Notes under the pieces: model-generated | The model's database searches: none | What the model was told of the DNA's origin: nothing | The model's input: only the letters and a program-made list of their open reading frames with translations | Part shown: positions 1 through 12,859 of the stretch, piece by piece | How the letters are laid out: each line of letters begins with the position of its first letter | How positions within the stretch are numbered: position 1 is the stretch's first letter | Assembly (NCBI GenBank): GCA_013239625.1 | Contig: MU053365.1 | Coordinates: 907,566-971,565 of the forward strand | Source of the DNA: Lama guanicoe | Taxonomy: Eukaryota | Direction of reading: 5' to 3' | DNA length: 64,000 nt | Program-made: the position numbers and the translations under genes

Positions 1-4
1 AACA

Positions 5-95
5 TTTTTTTTTTTTGTCAGTGGAGGTACTGGGGAAGGAACCCAGGACCTCATGCATGCTAGGCACAGGCTCTACCACTGAGCTATACCCTCCC
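5..95 (-). mobile_element. Vic-1-like tRNA-derived SINE (camelid type)
   Basis: The reverse complement reads GGGAGGGTATAGCTCAGTGGTAGAG (A box) ... GTCCTGGGTTCCTTCCCCAGTACCTCCA (B-box-like), followed by a poly-A tail (poly-T at 5-17). Confidence 0.8.
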
Positions 96-114
96 ACACT
101 TTTATGACATTTTA

Positions 115-330
115 AAGACATTCTTGAAAAGACAAACCTAAAACTAATAATGGAAAAGCAATCAGTGGTTGCCAGGAGGTAGAGGTAGGGTGATAGAAGG
201 ATTCTGTATTTTGATTACAGTGGTGGTATTTATTTGAATTTATAAATGGTATAAACTTGATAAAACTATACAGCAAAAGAGTCCATTTTACTGTGTGTTA
301 ATTCTAAAAATAAAAAAAAATTTTTTAAAT
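115..330 (+). mobile_element. Old L1M (MB/MC type) 3' UTR fragment
   Basis: Contains aatcagtggttgccagg ... ttttactgtgtgttaattctaaaaataaaa, typical of old L1 3' ends. Confidence 0.6.
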
Positions 331-1411
331 GAAAGCCATATACCAAAGATTACTGCACTTTAAACATTACTGTATCCATATTGTAACTCCATGGAAAATG
401 AAGAAATTCCAAAAGAATGTAAAAATTGTGCCATATGTTAATGTCTACACTTTAAATTAAAGTTAAGTGATGAAAAAATGTAAAAGCCATACACATGGGG
501 CTGTGTTGGTTTTATTTTTCCTATTGATTTCTACTCACAGCAGTGAGTGAGCTGACTGCAATACTTTGAAATAGATTTGGACTTGCTTTTGGCCTAAAGT
601 GTTGTCAAACTTTTTAAACATTTCATATATGCATGAAAAGGATATACAGTCTACAGCTGTGGATATTATTTTATACCTAGTCTGTTAGGACCAATTTGTT
701 TAATGTGTTGTTCAAGTATTTCTCTATTTTTCTTTAAACTAAGATAGGAGTGTACATCTCATTGTCATAAAAGAATTACCTGAGGGAAATTTTGAAGTGG
801 AAGATGAAAGTAGTTTCTTGCAGAAGGATTTGTGTACACTTCTGCCAAGTGCTTGGCGGCATTACCAGTCCAAGATCACCTTCAGTCACATTCACAGCTT
901 GATAATTCTTTGACAACCCAGGCAATGCAAATCCAGGCTACAGTTCTACGTAAGGACAGGCCCATGGCCACAACTCCCAGTGACAAGTCTTTCTTTTTTT
1001 ATTTCCACTGCTCTTGTTAACCCTGGAGAAGAGTACCTTTGGCTCCTACTTTCCATCAGAGTACAATCCTATGGGGTCCAAATTTAATGTGGGGGAGAGT
1101 CTTTTATTAGTGCCCTCCCACAACCCTAGGCTGTGGCCCTTCTGTCTGCCCTGACTCCTGGCTCCTTCTTGGCTCCTTAGCCTGTGCCCTGATCACCTAG
1201 ATTTCTGACCTCCTGACCGTTCTCTGGTGCCCCACGCCTGACCTCTGAAAAACCCAGCTCCCGTTACCCGTGGGGCGGCCATTCAGCCAGGGCTGGGTGG
1301 CTGCTGTGGTGGCTTTGCTCCTCTCTCGAGTCACTGAGGCAGGACGCACAAATGCAGACCTACTATGCTTCTCCTCCTCAGCTGAGGTGATCAAGGCAAT
1401 GACTGGGCGTA

Positions 1412-1797
1412 TGTATTAGTGTCCAGGGGCCCCTCATAACAAAATACCACAGACAAGGCGGCTTAAACAACACAAATGTATTATTTCCTCTCAGCTCTGT
1501 AGGCTGGAAGTCCCAGATCAAAGTGTCAAATGGGCTGATTTCTTTTGAGGTGTCTCTCCTTGGCTTGCAGATGGCTGCTTTCTCCCCGTGTCTTCATATG
1601 GTCTTCCCTCTATGTGTGTCTGCATCCTAATCTCTTCTTATAGGGAAATACTAGTCATGTTGGATTAGGGCTCATCCTAATGACCTCCTTTTAACTCAAT
1701 CACCTCTTAGGGACCCTGTCTCCAAATACAGCCACGTTCTGAGATACTGGGGATTAGGACTTCAACGTGTGAATTTAGCGGAACACAATTCAGACAT
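1412..1797 (-). mobile_element. MLT1 (A/B/C type) ERVL-MaLR solo LTR
   Basis: About 385 bp: tgtattagt ... aacaaaataccacaga ... ggcttaaacaac ... ggctggaagtcccagatcaa ... ggattagggctcatcctaatgacctc ... acacaattca. Confidence 0.85.
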
Positions 1798-2594
1798 ACG
1801 CACTTATATCAAAACCAAGAAATGCTGTGACCTGCCCATGTTACCACACCAGCGTCATCAACACAAATGAGTTTGCCTATGTACCACCTAGGTTTTGGCA
1901 ATAAGCAACTTTACCTTGCACAAGCATGATATGCCATCTGCTTCTCAACTATATGAGAGAATTGGCAAGCTTCAGTGCAAAAGTTTGAGTTCTAGATATT
2001 AAATATTTCAATATTAATTTGTTCTTTGAAATGCTTACCAAAGTTATCAGTATGTTCATTACAAGCCTCATAATATTTAATATTCACTCATGAAATCAAC
2101 AGGACAGGATTCTACCCTCAGTTCTTTGGTGCTGAAAGTAGAATCTCTTCTTTTGTTCTCCTTGTCATTATTTCTCTTCTCCTCCTGGTACTTCAGTGAA
2201 ACATATAAGACTGTACATATTAAATCCTGTGATATGCTTAATTGACAAAATATGGAAAAAAATGTCTGTGTCAGTAGCTATAAATGACATCATATGCTCT
2301 GGAGGAAAAATGTCTCAGTGGGAAATAAGGTAGCAATAATAAAAACATACCAGTTACACTGAAAACGGGAAGGTGTTTGGCCGAGAGAGAAAAAAACTGT
2401 TTCTCAGCACAGAATTTTTGATGGAGAAATTGACTTTAAGTAGGCTTAACACAGAGGGTGTGTGTGTCAGCACTAACAATGGGCATTTCTGTATTTTTAT
2501 TTAATATTATTCACGGCTTCAAAATAAATATTTTCTGTTTCTTCCTGTATCATAGAAGAGAAGTGGGGTAAGCTTCCCAGGCTCCCCAAGGAAA

Positions 2595-2825
2595 TAGCAG
2601 CTCACGCTTACGGAGCACGCCTCTGCCAAGGACTGCCTGTGTCAGCTCATTTCCCCTGCAAGTCAATCCTCAGAGGCAGCTACCGTTATTTTCCCCACCT
2701 TATCGATGAGAAAACTGAGGATGGAGTTTGGGTGATTCCCACACGGTCACACAACTAGGAAAATAGAGGAGCTGGGACTTGAACTCCACTGTGACTTCAA
2801 ATCCCATGTTTTAAACCACTATATT
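2595..2825 (-). mobile_element. MIR SINE
   Basis: Antisense MIR core gatgagaaaactgagg ... ggtcacacaactag ... ctgggacttgaac. Confidence 0.75.
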
Positions 2826-3519
2826 TAACCTCTTCTTGACCCCACATTTCCTCAGGTGTACAGTGCATAAGATACAAATGAAGACCTTGGCAATATTAAG
2901 GAAATACTATACCCAGAAATATTAGAAAAAAATAAAGCTCCATGCAAATAGGCACAGAGCTAATTAGGGGAAAAGTGTACTCTCACTGCCTGCTATGTCC
3001 AGGCACTAAGAGGTCTTGTTAAGCTCTTCACAGACTGACAAAGCTGGAAGAAAATACTTTATTGTTTGGTAACTTCAATGGCCTAATTTACCGAGTATTA
3101 GTTAAAAGGTACTACACAGTGACTGTGTCTAACAACTATTAGTAAAGGAAAGCTTTAGAAACCTTATCTCACAATCAATACTGCTTATTCTCTTAAAACA
3201 TTGAAGAGCAGTTTTAACAATTTTCAATGTCAACTTCAGTAATAACAACTAGAACAAAGAGAAAAGAACAAGATGCTACTTTCATCCCAATTGTTCAAAC
3301 AATTTCATGGGAATACAGAGGTGCAAACGACCTTTTCCTTTATTTCTTTTGAGGGAAAGAGGCCCAATCATGCTGTGAAGTAAAGATTTGCAAAAGTAAA
3401 TAGTATGTAAGGAAACTCTTGCCTAGGTTGCCTTGTCAATATCAGAGTGTGTCAATAAAAATGGCTGCAATGCACAGGAGTGTACTGAAGTAGACATTTC
3501 AGACTCCAAATATGGGACA

Positions 3520-3680
3520 AGTCATCGAGCAGAAGAGTCAGGAGACCTGGGTTCTAGTGCAGGTCCTGCTATTTACATCTGAGGGCCTTCAGCCAGCCAT
3601 TTCTCAGGCCTCAGTTTCCATACTAGAAACATGAAGCACTGGACAAAATCGTCTCCATGGGCCATTACAGCTCTAGGGCC
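3520..3680 (+). mobile_element. MIR/MIR3 SINE
   Basis: gagtcaggagacctgggttctagt ... gcctcagtttcc. Confidence 0.65.
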
Positions 3681-4299
3681 CTGGTCCTCTAGGCCCGTCT
3701 CTGCAACCTCCTTCTAGGGGCTGAGCTTTCCGGGGTGAGTTGGAGAGCTTCTTCCCCATGCCCAGATGTGAGAGAAACCAAAAGGAAGTGCTTTGTTTTT
3801 TTTCCCTTGGGCGATTGGCATTGAGGAAAGCTCCTTGTCACGAAGGAGTATATTATCTGAATGTTTAACGGCGTCACAAACACATGCTTCAACAAAGCAA
3901 GAGCTCACTGTCACTCGATGAAAACAATCCCTGTCACTGCTATCAGCACTAGCCACTCAACCTGAGCTTAACCGTCTCCTTGCAATTCCATATCTTGTCT
4001 GATTTTCACTTTTTGGTTTGCTATCCTCACATTGTTCTTTTGCACAGCGTGAGAGCTGCTTCTGATTCTGTTTGTTGCCATAGGAATCAACTCTCATATA
4101 GATATGCAAGTGACTCACCTGCTGCTCCTTCCAAAGGCACCAGGGGCCAGGCCTAGGATGTGATCTGTGGGGAAATTATGGCTTGGGGCTCCAGGCAGTC
4201 ATTGTATAAGGAAAAGTAAGCACCTACAATTTGCATGGTAATTCCATTTTTCAACAAGCAGGCCACCTGTGTTTTCCCATCTTCCTGAAAACATATATT

Positions 4300-4450
4300 C
4301 CAGAGAGGTAGATAAAACGGTGATTCTCATCTTAATTTGCAAATAGGGAAACTGAAGCCCAAAGGCATTACATAACTTGACCAAAATCCCATAGAAAGTG
4401 AGTGGCACTACTGAGGCTCGAGCCCAAATTCTTCAGGTCAGTTCTCCTTC
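4300..4450 (-). mobile_element. MIR SINE fragment
   Basis: ggaaactgaagcccaaagg ... taacttgaccaaa. Confidence 0.65.
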
Positions 4451-4546
4451 CTTGCATTAGATCACTGTCTCTAATTCTAGGGTACTTAATTCTAAGACCA
4501 GAACAATTGTTGCTGCAGACAATTAGGGAAGTGTCATAGCTTAGTT

Positions 4547-4739
4547 CAGGGGTCGGTAAACTACAGCCAAAGCTAGCCCATCACCATCTTTTTAAAATAA
4601 AGTTCTATTGGAACACAGACATGCCTATTCATTTACGTATTGTCTATGGCTGCTTTCATACTGTGACAGAGGCCATGTGGTCTGCAAGTCTGAAAATATT
4701 TACTATCTGGCCCTTTACAGAAAAGTTTGCGACACTCTG
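4547..4739. mobile_element. MER58A-like hAT MITE inserted near the 5' end of a MIR
   Basis: caggggtcggtaaactacagcc ... ataaagttctattggaacacag ... tactatctggccctttacagaaaagtttgcgacactctg. Confidence 0.85.
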
Positions 4740-5000
4740 GGCTAGTGGGTAAAGGGTTGGACTCAGAATTCACACACACCAAGATTAGAATTCTAATTCT
4801 GCTACTTTGAAGTTGTGTCACCTTAGAAGTTACTTAACCTTCCTGAGCCTCAGTTTCTCCCTGTGTAAAATGGGGCTTAATAATTGTGCCTGCCATGTAG
4901 GGTTGTTTCTTATCCCTTAATAAAATAAAATGAGATAATGAATGCTTAGAATAGTATCTGGCATATGGTAAACTGTCACTCAATGGTAATTATTATTATT
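4740..5000 (+). mobile_element. MIR SINE
   Basis: gttacttaaccttcctgagcctcagtttctccctgtgtaaaatgggg ... tctggcatatggtaa. Confidence 0.8.
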
Positions 5001-5845
5001 TCTGAGGAAAATCAGGCCCCCTTTCCAGTGCTTTCTCCTGGGTAGCTGAGGTATATTCCACAGCACTGCCAAGATGTACGAAATTTTCATAGATCTGGTG
5101 CAAACGCCTAAAAGCCTGGGCCTGCCTGCCTGCCTCGCTCCTCCTACCCCTTGCGGCCCCCACTCCCCCCAGCCACGCCTGCTACAACTGAACCCACTTC
5201 TGATTTGGCTTCAGAGCCTGATTATCGTTATTCAGGCCTTTCCTCTGCTAGTTAAGGACATTTGACTGCTGCTTCTGCTTGGACACTGTTGCTATGCTTG
5301 GGATTTCTACCCCCAATGGATCTGAGCACTCGAGCAAAGTGTAGCCTGTGACAGTAAGTAGAACAGGAGGCGAGAGTGGTGCATTTTACGGCAGGAATGG
5401 GGCCCAAGCCACAAATTGCTGTACAGGTGTGTCCCTTTTGTGCATGTTTCTGGATTTTTGAGTTATCTTAGTGGTACAGGATGACTTATTTCTTATGTTC
5501 TGAGCTTTTACATAAGAAATAGGTCATTCTACTGACATAGCCAGCTCAGAGACTCTACGTGATGAGTTGTGAGTGCATGTAGTCACCGCTCTCCTTGAGG
5601 TGGTCCCCAAAGGTTGGAGTTTATGCTGCACTTTCTGGACCTCTCTACCAGCCCAGGATAAGGCCATCACTTACGACATGACCTAAGCCAATAAACAGCC
5701 CCATCTTCTTATCCTCCTTTTTTTAGGTTTTCCCCACTGGGAACTACATATTTTAAAATATTCCCCCATATTAACTGCAATTAATTATTTGAATAACTTT
5801 CTTTACTAACTGTACTTATGAAGTAATAATTAATGAAACTCTTCC

Positions 5846-5945
5846 TTTTTTATTTTTATTATTTTTTTGATGGAAGTATTGGGGATTGAACCTAGGACCC
5901 TGTGCATGCTAAGCACGCACGCTATGAGTGAGCTGTATCTCCCCA
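5846..5945 (-). mobile_element. Vic-1-like tRNA-derived SINE
   Basis: A T-rich tail is followed by gatggaagtattggggattgaacctaggaccctgtgcatgctaagcacg, homologous to the copy at 5-95. Imperfect flanking repeats are aaactcttcctttt and aaaccttcccctttt. Confidence 0.8.
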
Positions 5946-6019
5946 ACCCCCAAACCTTCCCCTTTTAAAAAATGAATTATAAAAGGAGCAGGTAACTCAC
6001 AGTTTCTTGTCAGTGTGAA

Positions 6020-6150
6020 ATGGCCTCAAGTTCCTCATCTGTAAATTGGGGATGGTGATAGACTGTATCTCAGGGTTGCTGTGAAGATTCGATGAGACCA
6101 AACAGTGGCTGACGCGCAGTAGGAGCTCAGGATGGGTAGCTATGATGGTT
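6020..6150 (+). mobile_element. MIR SINE fragment
   Basis: cctcaagttcctcatctgtaaattggggatggtgatag ... gggttgctgtgaagatt. Confidence 0.7.
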
Positions 6151-6599
6151 GTGAAGATGAGGCTAAATTACTAGTCGAAAGCCAGAACTGATGGACTTGA
6201 CAAAAATCTCACCCCAAGGTCAAAGCATTTGTGGCTTTGGCTGCCTGCACAGTCTTAGGGGGACTATCCATAAATTCTGTGTCAGGTTGGGAGCATTTTT
6301 GTTTGTTTTGCTTTGAGACCAGCAATCCCTGCATTTCTACCCTCTAGGTGTCTAGGGAACTGATCTAGACCCTTCTCAAGCCAATCTTTTCAGGCTCTAC
6401 AACTTGAGGTTAAAAAAACAAGTGGTATTTTTGTTCCCCACTACACAGAGACGACTGCCTTCAATTTGCCCTGAAGTGCCTCCTTTCGGTTTCAGGATGT
6501 GTACAAGGAGGGCTCGGAAGGAAGTTGTCCTTTCATTTTAGCATCCCCGGATTTAATGACTAAGTCCAGGATGATGTATTTATAGCCTTTAAGGGGGGA

Positions 6600-6740
6600 G
6601 GTGGTAAGTAGGGTAATTAGGGGCATAAGCTTTGAGTCATGCAGACCTGGCTTCTGCCCCTGGCCCTTTCACTCTCTGAGCCTCTGTTTCCTCACTACAA
6701 AATGTAGATAATGATAGTACCTACCTCATAAGCTGGATGT
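6600..6740 (+). mobile_element. MIR SINE fragment
   Basis: ctctctgagcctctgtttcctcactacaaaatgtagataatgatagtacctacctcata. Confidence 0.7.
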
Positions 6741-7411
6741 GGGAGGGAGTGAGACGGAGCACAGTCAACGGCTACAGTGGCCCTCGTGCAGGGGACACGC
6801 ACAGGAGGGGCAGAGTGCGGCAGGCAGCATCTTGTTTCCTTCCTCCTTGTCTGCGCAGCCGGATCGTGGCCCCTCTCCGCCTCTGTTTTCTCAGGCTGAC
6901 AAGTCCAGACCTCATAGTGTGCCTAGGGAAGAGACAAATGGCGGGATGGTGTCTTGGTTAATGTCAAGCCCATTTCTTCAGGGAAAAAGCAGGCATGCTG
7001 GGAACAGGTGGAAGTGAGCTAACCGCAAGCGGACATCAAACTCACACAGCTGTTGGGGCGTCAGTTGGAGATGATACCATTTCATGATCCCCATCAGCTC
7101 TATCATCGGGAATCCCCAGACAAGCCCCTCAGAGTCTCGGCAAGCTGGTTTCATAAAAGTCCTGCTTCATCCTGGAAGCACATGAGGCTCAAAATCACCC
7201 CGGAGGGGCTGCAGCCTGGGGTAGGAAACCCATGGCCTGCAAGGCCTCAGAGAGGGTCACACTGTCTAATTAGAAGTTTCTCCTGGAAGCTTGCTGCAAG
7301 GAGCAGGTGAGTACAACCCCAGGACCGAGCCGTCCCAAACAGCCTGTTCTCTCCCAGGCCCAGCTGGCTCCCCTCCCGCCGGACCCCCAGGCATTGCGTC
7401 AACACGGCGCT

Positions 7412-7797
7412 TGTGCATGAGGTCGTTAGGGCTCCGTCACAAAGCCTCACACACTGGGTGGCTGAAACAACAGAAACCTATTGTCTCCCAGTTCTGGAGG
7501 CTGGAAGTCTGGGATCAAGGTGTCGCTAAGGTTGGTTTATTCAGAGGTCTATTGTCTTAGTTGTAAATGGTTGCCGTCCCCCTGTGTCTTCAAGTGGTCT
7601 TCCCTCTGTATGTGGTCCTAATCTCCTCTTCTTATAAAGACACCAAGCAGATTGGATTAGGGCCCACTCTAATGATGTCACTTTAATTAAAGTGTCACTT
7701 AATTAAGACCCTGTCTCCAAATCCAGTTACATTCTGAGGTGCTGGGCATTAGGACTTCACCATATAAATTTGGGGGGACACAATTCAGCCCGCACAC
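7412..7797 (-). mobile_element. MLT1 (A/B/C type) ERVL-MaLR solo LTR
   Basis: ctgggtggctgaaacaacagaaacctattgtctcccagttctggaggctggaagtc ... ggattagggcccactctaatga ... ggacacaattcagccc; homologous to 1412-1797. Confidence 0.85.
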
Positions 7798-10204
7798 AGT
7801 GAGCCTGGGGCCCCAGCCCCCAGTCTAAGTGAGGTACCGCCCTTGGAAATATTAGTTTCTTTTCCTCTTCTCCCCTTCTCCTGCCAAATGGAGACCTTGT
7901 TCTCTTGTTCCTAAAACCTCCATTATGGGACTCCTTTACTCTCCCCAGCTGCCAAAGATACACAACCAAATGGCTCTGAGGTCACCCAGTCATGACCTCC
8001 TTCTGACCTTTTCCCTCTGAAGAGCAGCCCCCCCCCGCCCCCGCCTTGCTTTAGGGTCTTACAGACTTGAGCCCAGCTTAGTCTCCTCATCCTTAGTTAA
8101 AAAGTGCACACACATTGGACACAGCAACTGCCAAGGGATGTGTGAGCGTTTCCAGGACAGCCCAGATTTTAAAAAATCCAATCTCCTTGTCAGACCACGT
8201 TTCCAATTACGCTTCTCAGTTTGGGATTTGGGAAATGTGGTCACTGTAGGTAGGAGCCTACCTCTTTAGAGGCATATGCATAATTATGTATAATAATGTA
8301 CCTCCTGAAGATGCATAATGAATGATAATTAAGATATTTACATTATGCACATGTGCTTTCAGCCCCAGGACTCCAATTCAAAACACCAATTGTCCCTTAA
8401 CATAAAATGAGATTCATGACAATTCTTCCTAGAACTTTATCTCAAATGTTTTCTTTCAGCTCTATGAAGTACAAAGAGAGACTGGAATCAGAGTGCTGGT
8501 ATATCACCCATCTTGAATTTTCCAGGCAGTCCAAGTTTCAAAGCATGTGTCCCCGACTGGGGTAAATACAATCTTCATGCAAAAATAATTCAACCGTGAG
8601 GTTTGGTTAATTTACTTCTTAACTAGTCAGTTCCATTTTAAAGAACCTACTGGGTACCCCATATGATGACAACCATAGCCTTTTTTTATTTACTTTCAGC
8701 TGTTTTTCTCTTCCCCTTCCCCTCTCACCCATCTCCAAAAAAGGAAAATCTCAGGTCACTTTTGGCTCCCTAGGTGTTTAGTAATGTGTGTGTGAAGATT
8801 TGTCATTATCATTCCTATTTCCTGTATGATTCAGTATGTTTAAGAACCTGTTACCATGCATGGCTCTAATCACCTTGTTGTCACTTCTTTGGATGATGAG
8901 AGAGAAATGCCTAATATTCATTTTACAGAACATTCTAGAATATATAACTTACAATGCAATTAAATAGATCTGGTGGGTTCTCATCCTGTGTATCTGGTGA
9001 TGTTTGAGGTAGAGAGAAGTGGTTGTGAAGTAAAGAGGCATTTCTTTATTTTTTTCCCTCCAGCATTGTACTAGAAAAATTTCAAGTCTATAGCAAACTT
9101 GAAAGAATTTTACAATGAACAGCATTCAAGGGTTTTAGAACTATAAAGACAGCAATCTCCTTTAGGTTTCCCCTAGTACACTGTGACCAGGTGCGCCTGG
9201 GCAGGGGCATTTTGTTCTCTGTCCTTCTGAACAGTATGCACCTCAATGGGACAGTCATTTGTAATCTGAACTAACTGTATGTACTGTCTCAGCAAGTGAC
9301 TGTAAGTACAGTATATTTCTTAAAATGCCCAAAGGTCTTTGCTGTTTAAAGAGCACCGGTGACTCCCTTGCCCTGCCCGGGACTGCCCCCGCTGTCTGCC
9401 CTGATCCCAGCCCACCCACTTGTGTATCCCAACTCTCCTTCCAGCTGCAGGGCCAATCACTGGGGAACGTGAACATCTAGACTACAGGGAATATTTAGTT
9501 GCTACCTCCCAAAGACAGTTTAATGAAGCTGGAAGAAAAATTTTCAAGCAAATGTCACAGGGAACATCCAGCAATCTGAGGTCACCTTGTTAGACAGAGA
9601 AATAGCTGTCTTCCCTTTTATTTGGCTCCTGATTTCTGTCAAGCTTGAGTAAATCATAACACAGGGTTATTTCGATTCTTCCTGCCACAAAGGCAAGGCA
9701 GATTACTAAAATTACAAAATACAGGTGGTAAAAGTACTCGGGGGAGACTGGAGTCCGCATCAATTGGTGCCCACCCAAATGAGTCAGAACTCGAGAGGCT
9801 AGAGAGGCTACTCCCCAAAATAGTCATTTTAAAGGGTTTGTTCATTTTAAACAAGTCCTAGCTCTGCATCTGAATTGGAAAATATGTGTGTGTATTAATT
9901 ATAACATTTATAATACAGAAGGTAATCATAGCTTGTAAATTCTAGACTCTTTAATTCAAAGACTTCAAGGAACTTTACAAGCATCAATTACTTCTTTTAA
10001 CTTCCCTGTGAAACAGATACGTATCAGTACAGCCATTTATATTTATTAACAAGTACCCGACAAACTCTTTCTTATTTTGGCTTTAAAATTTATATTGGAT
10101 ATAAAGCATCTAGTGTGTATATGCGACAATACTTTGCATATATATAACACCTTTTTCCTAAGAGCTCTAAGTACTTAAGAGGTATCTTCACAAAAGCCTT
10201 TGAG

Positions 10205-10335
10205 TATCTTGTAATAACCTTTAATGAAAAAGAATATGAAAATGAATATATGTATGTATATGCATGACTGGGACATTGTGCTGTACACCAGAAATGGACA
10301 CACTATAACTGACTATACTTCAATTAAAAAAATTA
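10205..10335 (+). mobile_element. Young, extremely 5'-truncated L1 3' tip with exact 13-bp TSD
   Basis: tatcttgtaataacctttaatgaaaaagaatatg ... ctgtacaccagaa ... tatacttcaattaaaa. TSD aaaagcctttgag lies at 10192-10204 and 10336-10348. Confidence 0.9.
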
Positions 10336-11289
10336 AAAAGCCTTTGAGGTAGATAGGATGGGGCACTATCATTTTGGACTTCTAGATGGGAAAACAGAAA
10401 AGCCGGACTTAAGTTGCATTGGCACACAGCAACTGAGTGAGAGGCTGAGATCCACTTTCTTATCCCAGAGAGCAGATTGGGCAAAAACCAATTTCCTGGC
10501 AGAACTCGGTGGAAGAACCACATTCTCAGTAAGCAAAACTCTGAACCTGAGTTTTACTTTTGCATTACTTTCGGGTTGTAGCTAGACCTTTGCTGGGCAA
10601 AACCTAATTTTCTCATTCTAAAAAATAGTGCTTAAAAAGAAATAAATTCCTATTCAACTACTGTGGGAAATATCAAGACGAACTGTACATGGTCTCAGCT
10701 CTCCAGGAGCTTCTCAAATATCCCCTGAAAGAAGGAACCCCTGTTGATAGGCTGGACTTTATGTCATTACATGAAGGTGAAGGTGGAGGTGATAGGGCCC
10801 AGGTGCCCCAGAGGCTTCCTCCAGAGCTCTGACCTCAAGTAAAGAAAATCAGCCAAACAAGACTGTTCTTCAGGCCCTAGATTTAATGAACAGGATTGCA
10901 GGAGTCCTTCCAAAGCCTTAGGCAAGTCACAATTTCCTTCTCTCAGTTTCTACACCATCTTAAAAGGAAGTTAACAACCTCCCAGGGCATTTTGTGAAGA
11001 TGCATTCACAATTACCAAACGCTTTGAAGACTGTAAGTGTCGTTCCTATAGTGTCGTGTAGCCTTAGTCAGAAATTCTGCAAGACTTAACTCCCTACTTA
11101 TTTCTTATCCTTTAAATGCACTGAATCCCTTCAGGGTGACTTGAAATGAAAATGTTTATTTGACTCTCATCCAATTCTTGGCAGAATAGGTATTCCTCAT
11201 TAAGATCCAAGATAAAATGTAAATATTTCTATTAAGTATTTCTTTATATGCTACATTTAAAAATCTTTGATTGCATTGAGTCAGAACCA

Positions 11290-11460
11290 GAAAATCATAT
11301 GACGCTTTAGTGATCAATCCTGACCGCTCTCATTTTACAAATGAGAGAACTGAGGCCCAGAGAGGGCAAAGGATCTGTCAAGGGTCAAATAGTAGGACAA
11401 TAGCAATTTTCTTGACTCCTTCTACGTTCTGTGCTTTTTCTAAAATGCCACTTAACCACG
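11290..11460 (-). mobile_element. MIR/MIR3 SINE
   Basis: ctcattttacaaatgagagaactgaggcccagagaggg ... caagggtca. Confidence 0.7.
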
Positions 11461-11839
11461 TTCCTTAAAAGACAATAAAATAAAATTTTATCAGAAGATG
11501 CAAATTTTTGATATTTTGCATACACACTGGCACACATTCACATGCCAGAAATTCGTTCCTCCCTGTCTTCTCTTCTCCACCTAATCCCTTCATAGGTCTT
11601 GCTTTCTTTTCCACAAAGAAGATTGAGGCCAGCAGTGAGAGCTTCCTCAAGCTCCACCCACCACATCTACATAAATACTTATTCTTATTTGCCACACCCC
11701 CACCTTGTCCTCCCCACAGATAGCAATTCCTCTGGACTCATGACCATAATATCTTGCCCCATCTCTTATACCTTCCCCTAAGCCTATAAAGACATTCCAC
11801 ATGCACTCATCTACTTTTGAAAAACCATTCCTTAATCCG

Positions 11840-12480
11840 AATCCCTCCCTTCCAGAATATTCAACTACCTGCTGGTCTACATATAAATGTCTCATGGACA
11901 CCACACATTCAACTCATCCGAAATTTAACTCATCCTCTCCACATTCAAACTTGCTTGGTCCCCAGGCTGCCCTTCCCAGTAAGTGACACCAATGGGCTGT
12001 TCAAGTTAGAAACCTGGAATCATTCTTGATTCCTTCCTCCCCGTCAAGCTCCTCATCCAACCACTCAGCTTTAATGAGATCATGCCCTTTGACTTTCCAG
12101 GTGGCATATGGCACTTGCTACTTAGGCATCACTTGGAACCTTGTTCGAAATGCAAATCACAGACCCACTCCAGATCTGATGAACCAGAATCTGCATGTTA
12201 ACATGTGGCTCTTGGACACAATCAAGTTACGGAAGCACTGCTTTAGGCAGTGTTTGTGAAGGACACAACTGCCTCCATCTTTGAGCAGTCTCATGCTTGC
12301 TCTCGTTCTGCAGGTACACTAGCTTTCCATCAGGTCCCTGATCCCCCATGCTCCTTTCCCCCGCAAGGCTCAGACACGTGCTGTTCCGATGGCTTGGAAC
12401 ACTCTCCCCCTTTCTTCGTTTGGATAACTCACATTAGCCTTTCTGACCTCAACTCAAATATCATCTGTTCTCTGATCTTC
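11840..12480 (+). mobile_element. L2 LINE fragments interrupted by a MER5A-like element
   Basis: CT-rich L2 motifs such as caagttagaaacctggaatcattcttgattccttcctc and ctcaactcaaatatca. Confidence 0.6.
12110..12242. mobile_element. MER5A-like hAT MITE
   Basis: gcatcacttggaaccttgttcgaaatgcaaatcacagacccactccaga ... agaatctgcat ... gaagcactgc. Confidence 0.75.
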
Positions 12481-12486
12481 TGGCCC

Positions 12487-12665
12487 AGGGGTCAACAGAT
12501 TTTCTTATAAAGGGACATAGTAAATACTGTCAGGTTTGCAAGCTGTCTAGTCTCTCTTGCAACAATTCAACTCTGCCACTGTAGTGCAAAAGCAATCTTA
12601 GATGACATAAACAAATGGGGGTGGCTGACTTCCAGTAAAACTTCATCTGCAAAAACAGATCCCTG
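12487..12665. mobile_element. MER58A-like hAT MITE
   Basis: caggggtcaacagattttcttataaagggacatagtaaata ... attcaactctgccactgtagtgcaaaagc ... ccagtaaaactt. Confidence 0.75.
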
Positions 12666-12859
12666 GCTGAATAATGGCTTGCAACTCAAAGTCTTCGCCC
12701 CCCCACCCCGTTCCCTGTTCTAGGCGGGAACAGGAACCCCTGGAATGTGATCTCGTAGCGCCGTGCACCTTTTCTTCCCCAACTGATCACAGTTTGCAGT
12801 TACACATTCATTAGAGTAACTTTGGCATCACCACATCAGTATATTCAAACTACGTAAGC

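Noticed and set aside
5..95. tRNA-like A and B boxes
   Set aside because: They belong to a poly-A-tailed SINE with a second copy at about 5.9 kb, not a tRNA gene.
4113..4180. Minus-strand 46-nt pseudo-exon with a CAG|GTGAGT donor
   Set aside because: It is isolated and not frame-preserving; such signal pairs are expected by chance in 64 kb.
1412..7797. Two same-orientation MLT1 LTRs exactly 6000 bp apart, which might suggest a provirus
   Set aside because: The intervening DNA holds older MIRs and no MaLR internal sequence, so these are independent solo LTRs and the spacing is coincidental.
9274..9312. Hairpin actgtatgtactgtc / gactgtaagtacagt as a possible pre-miRNA
   Set aside because: It is only 39 nt, the stem does not extend, and it matches no mature miRNA I know.
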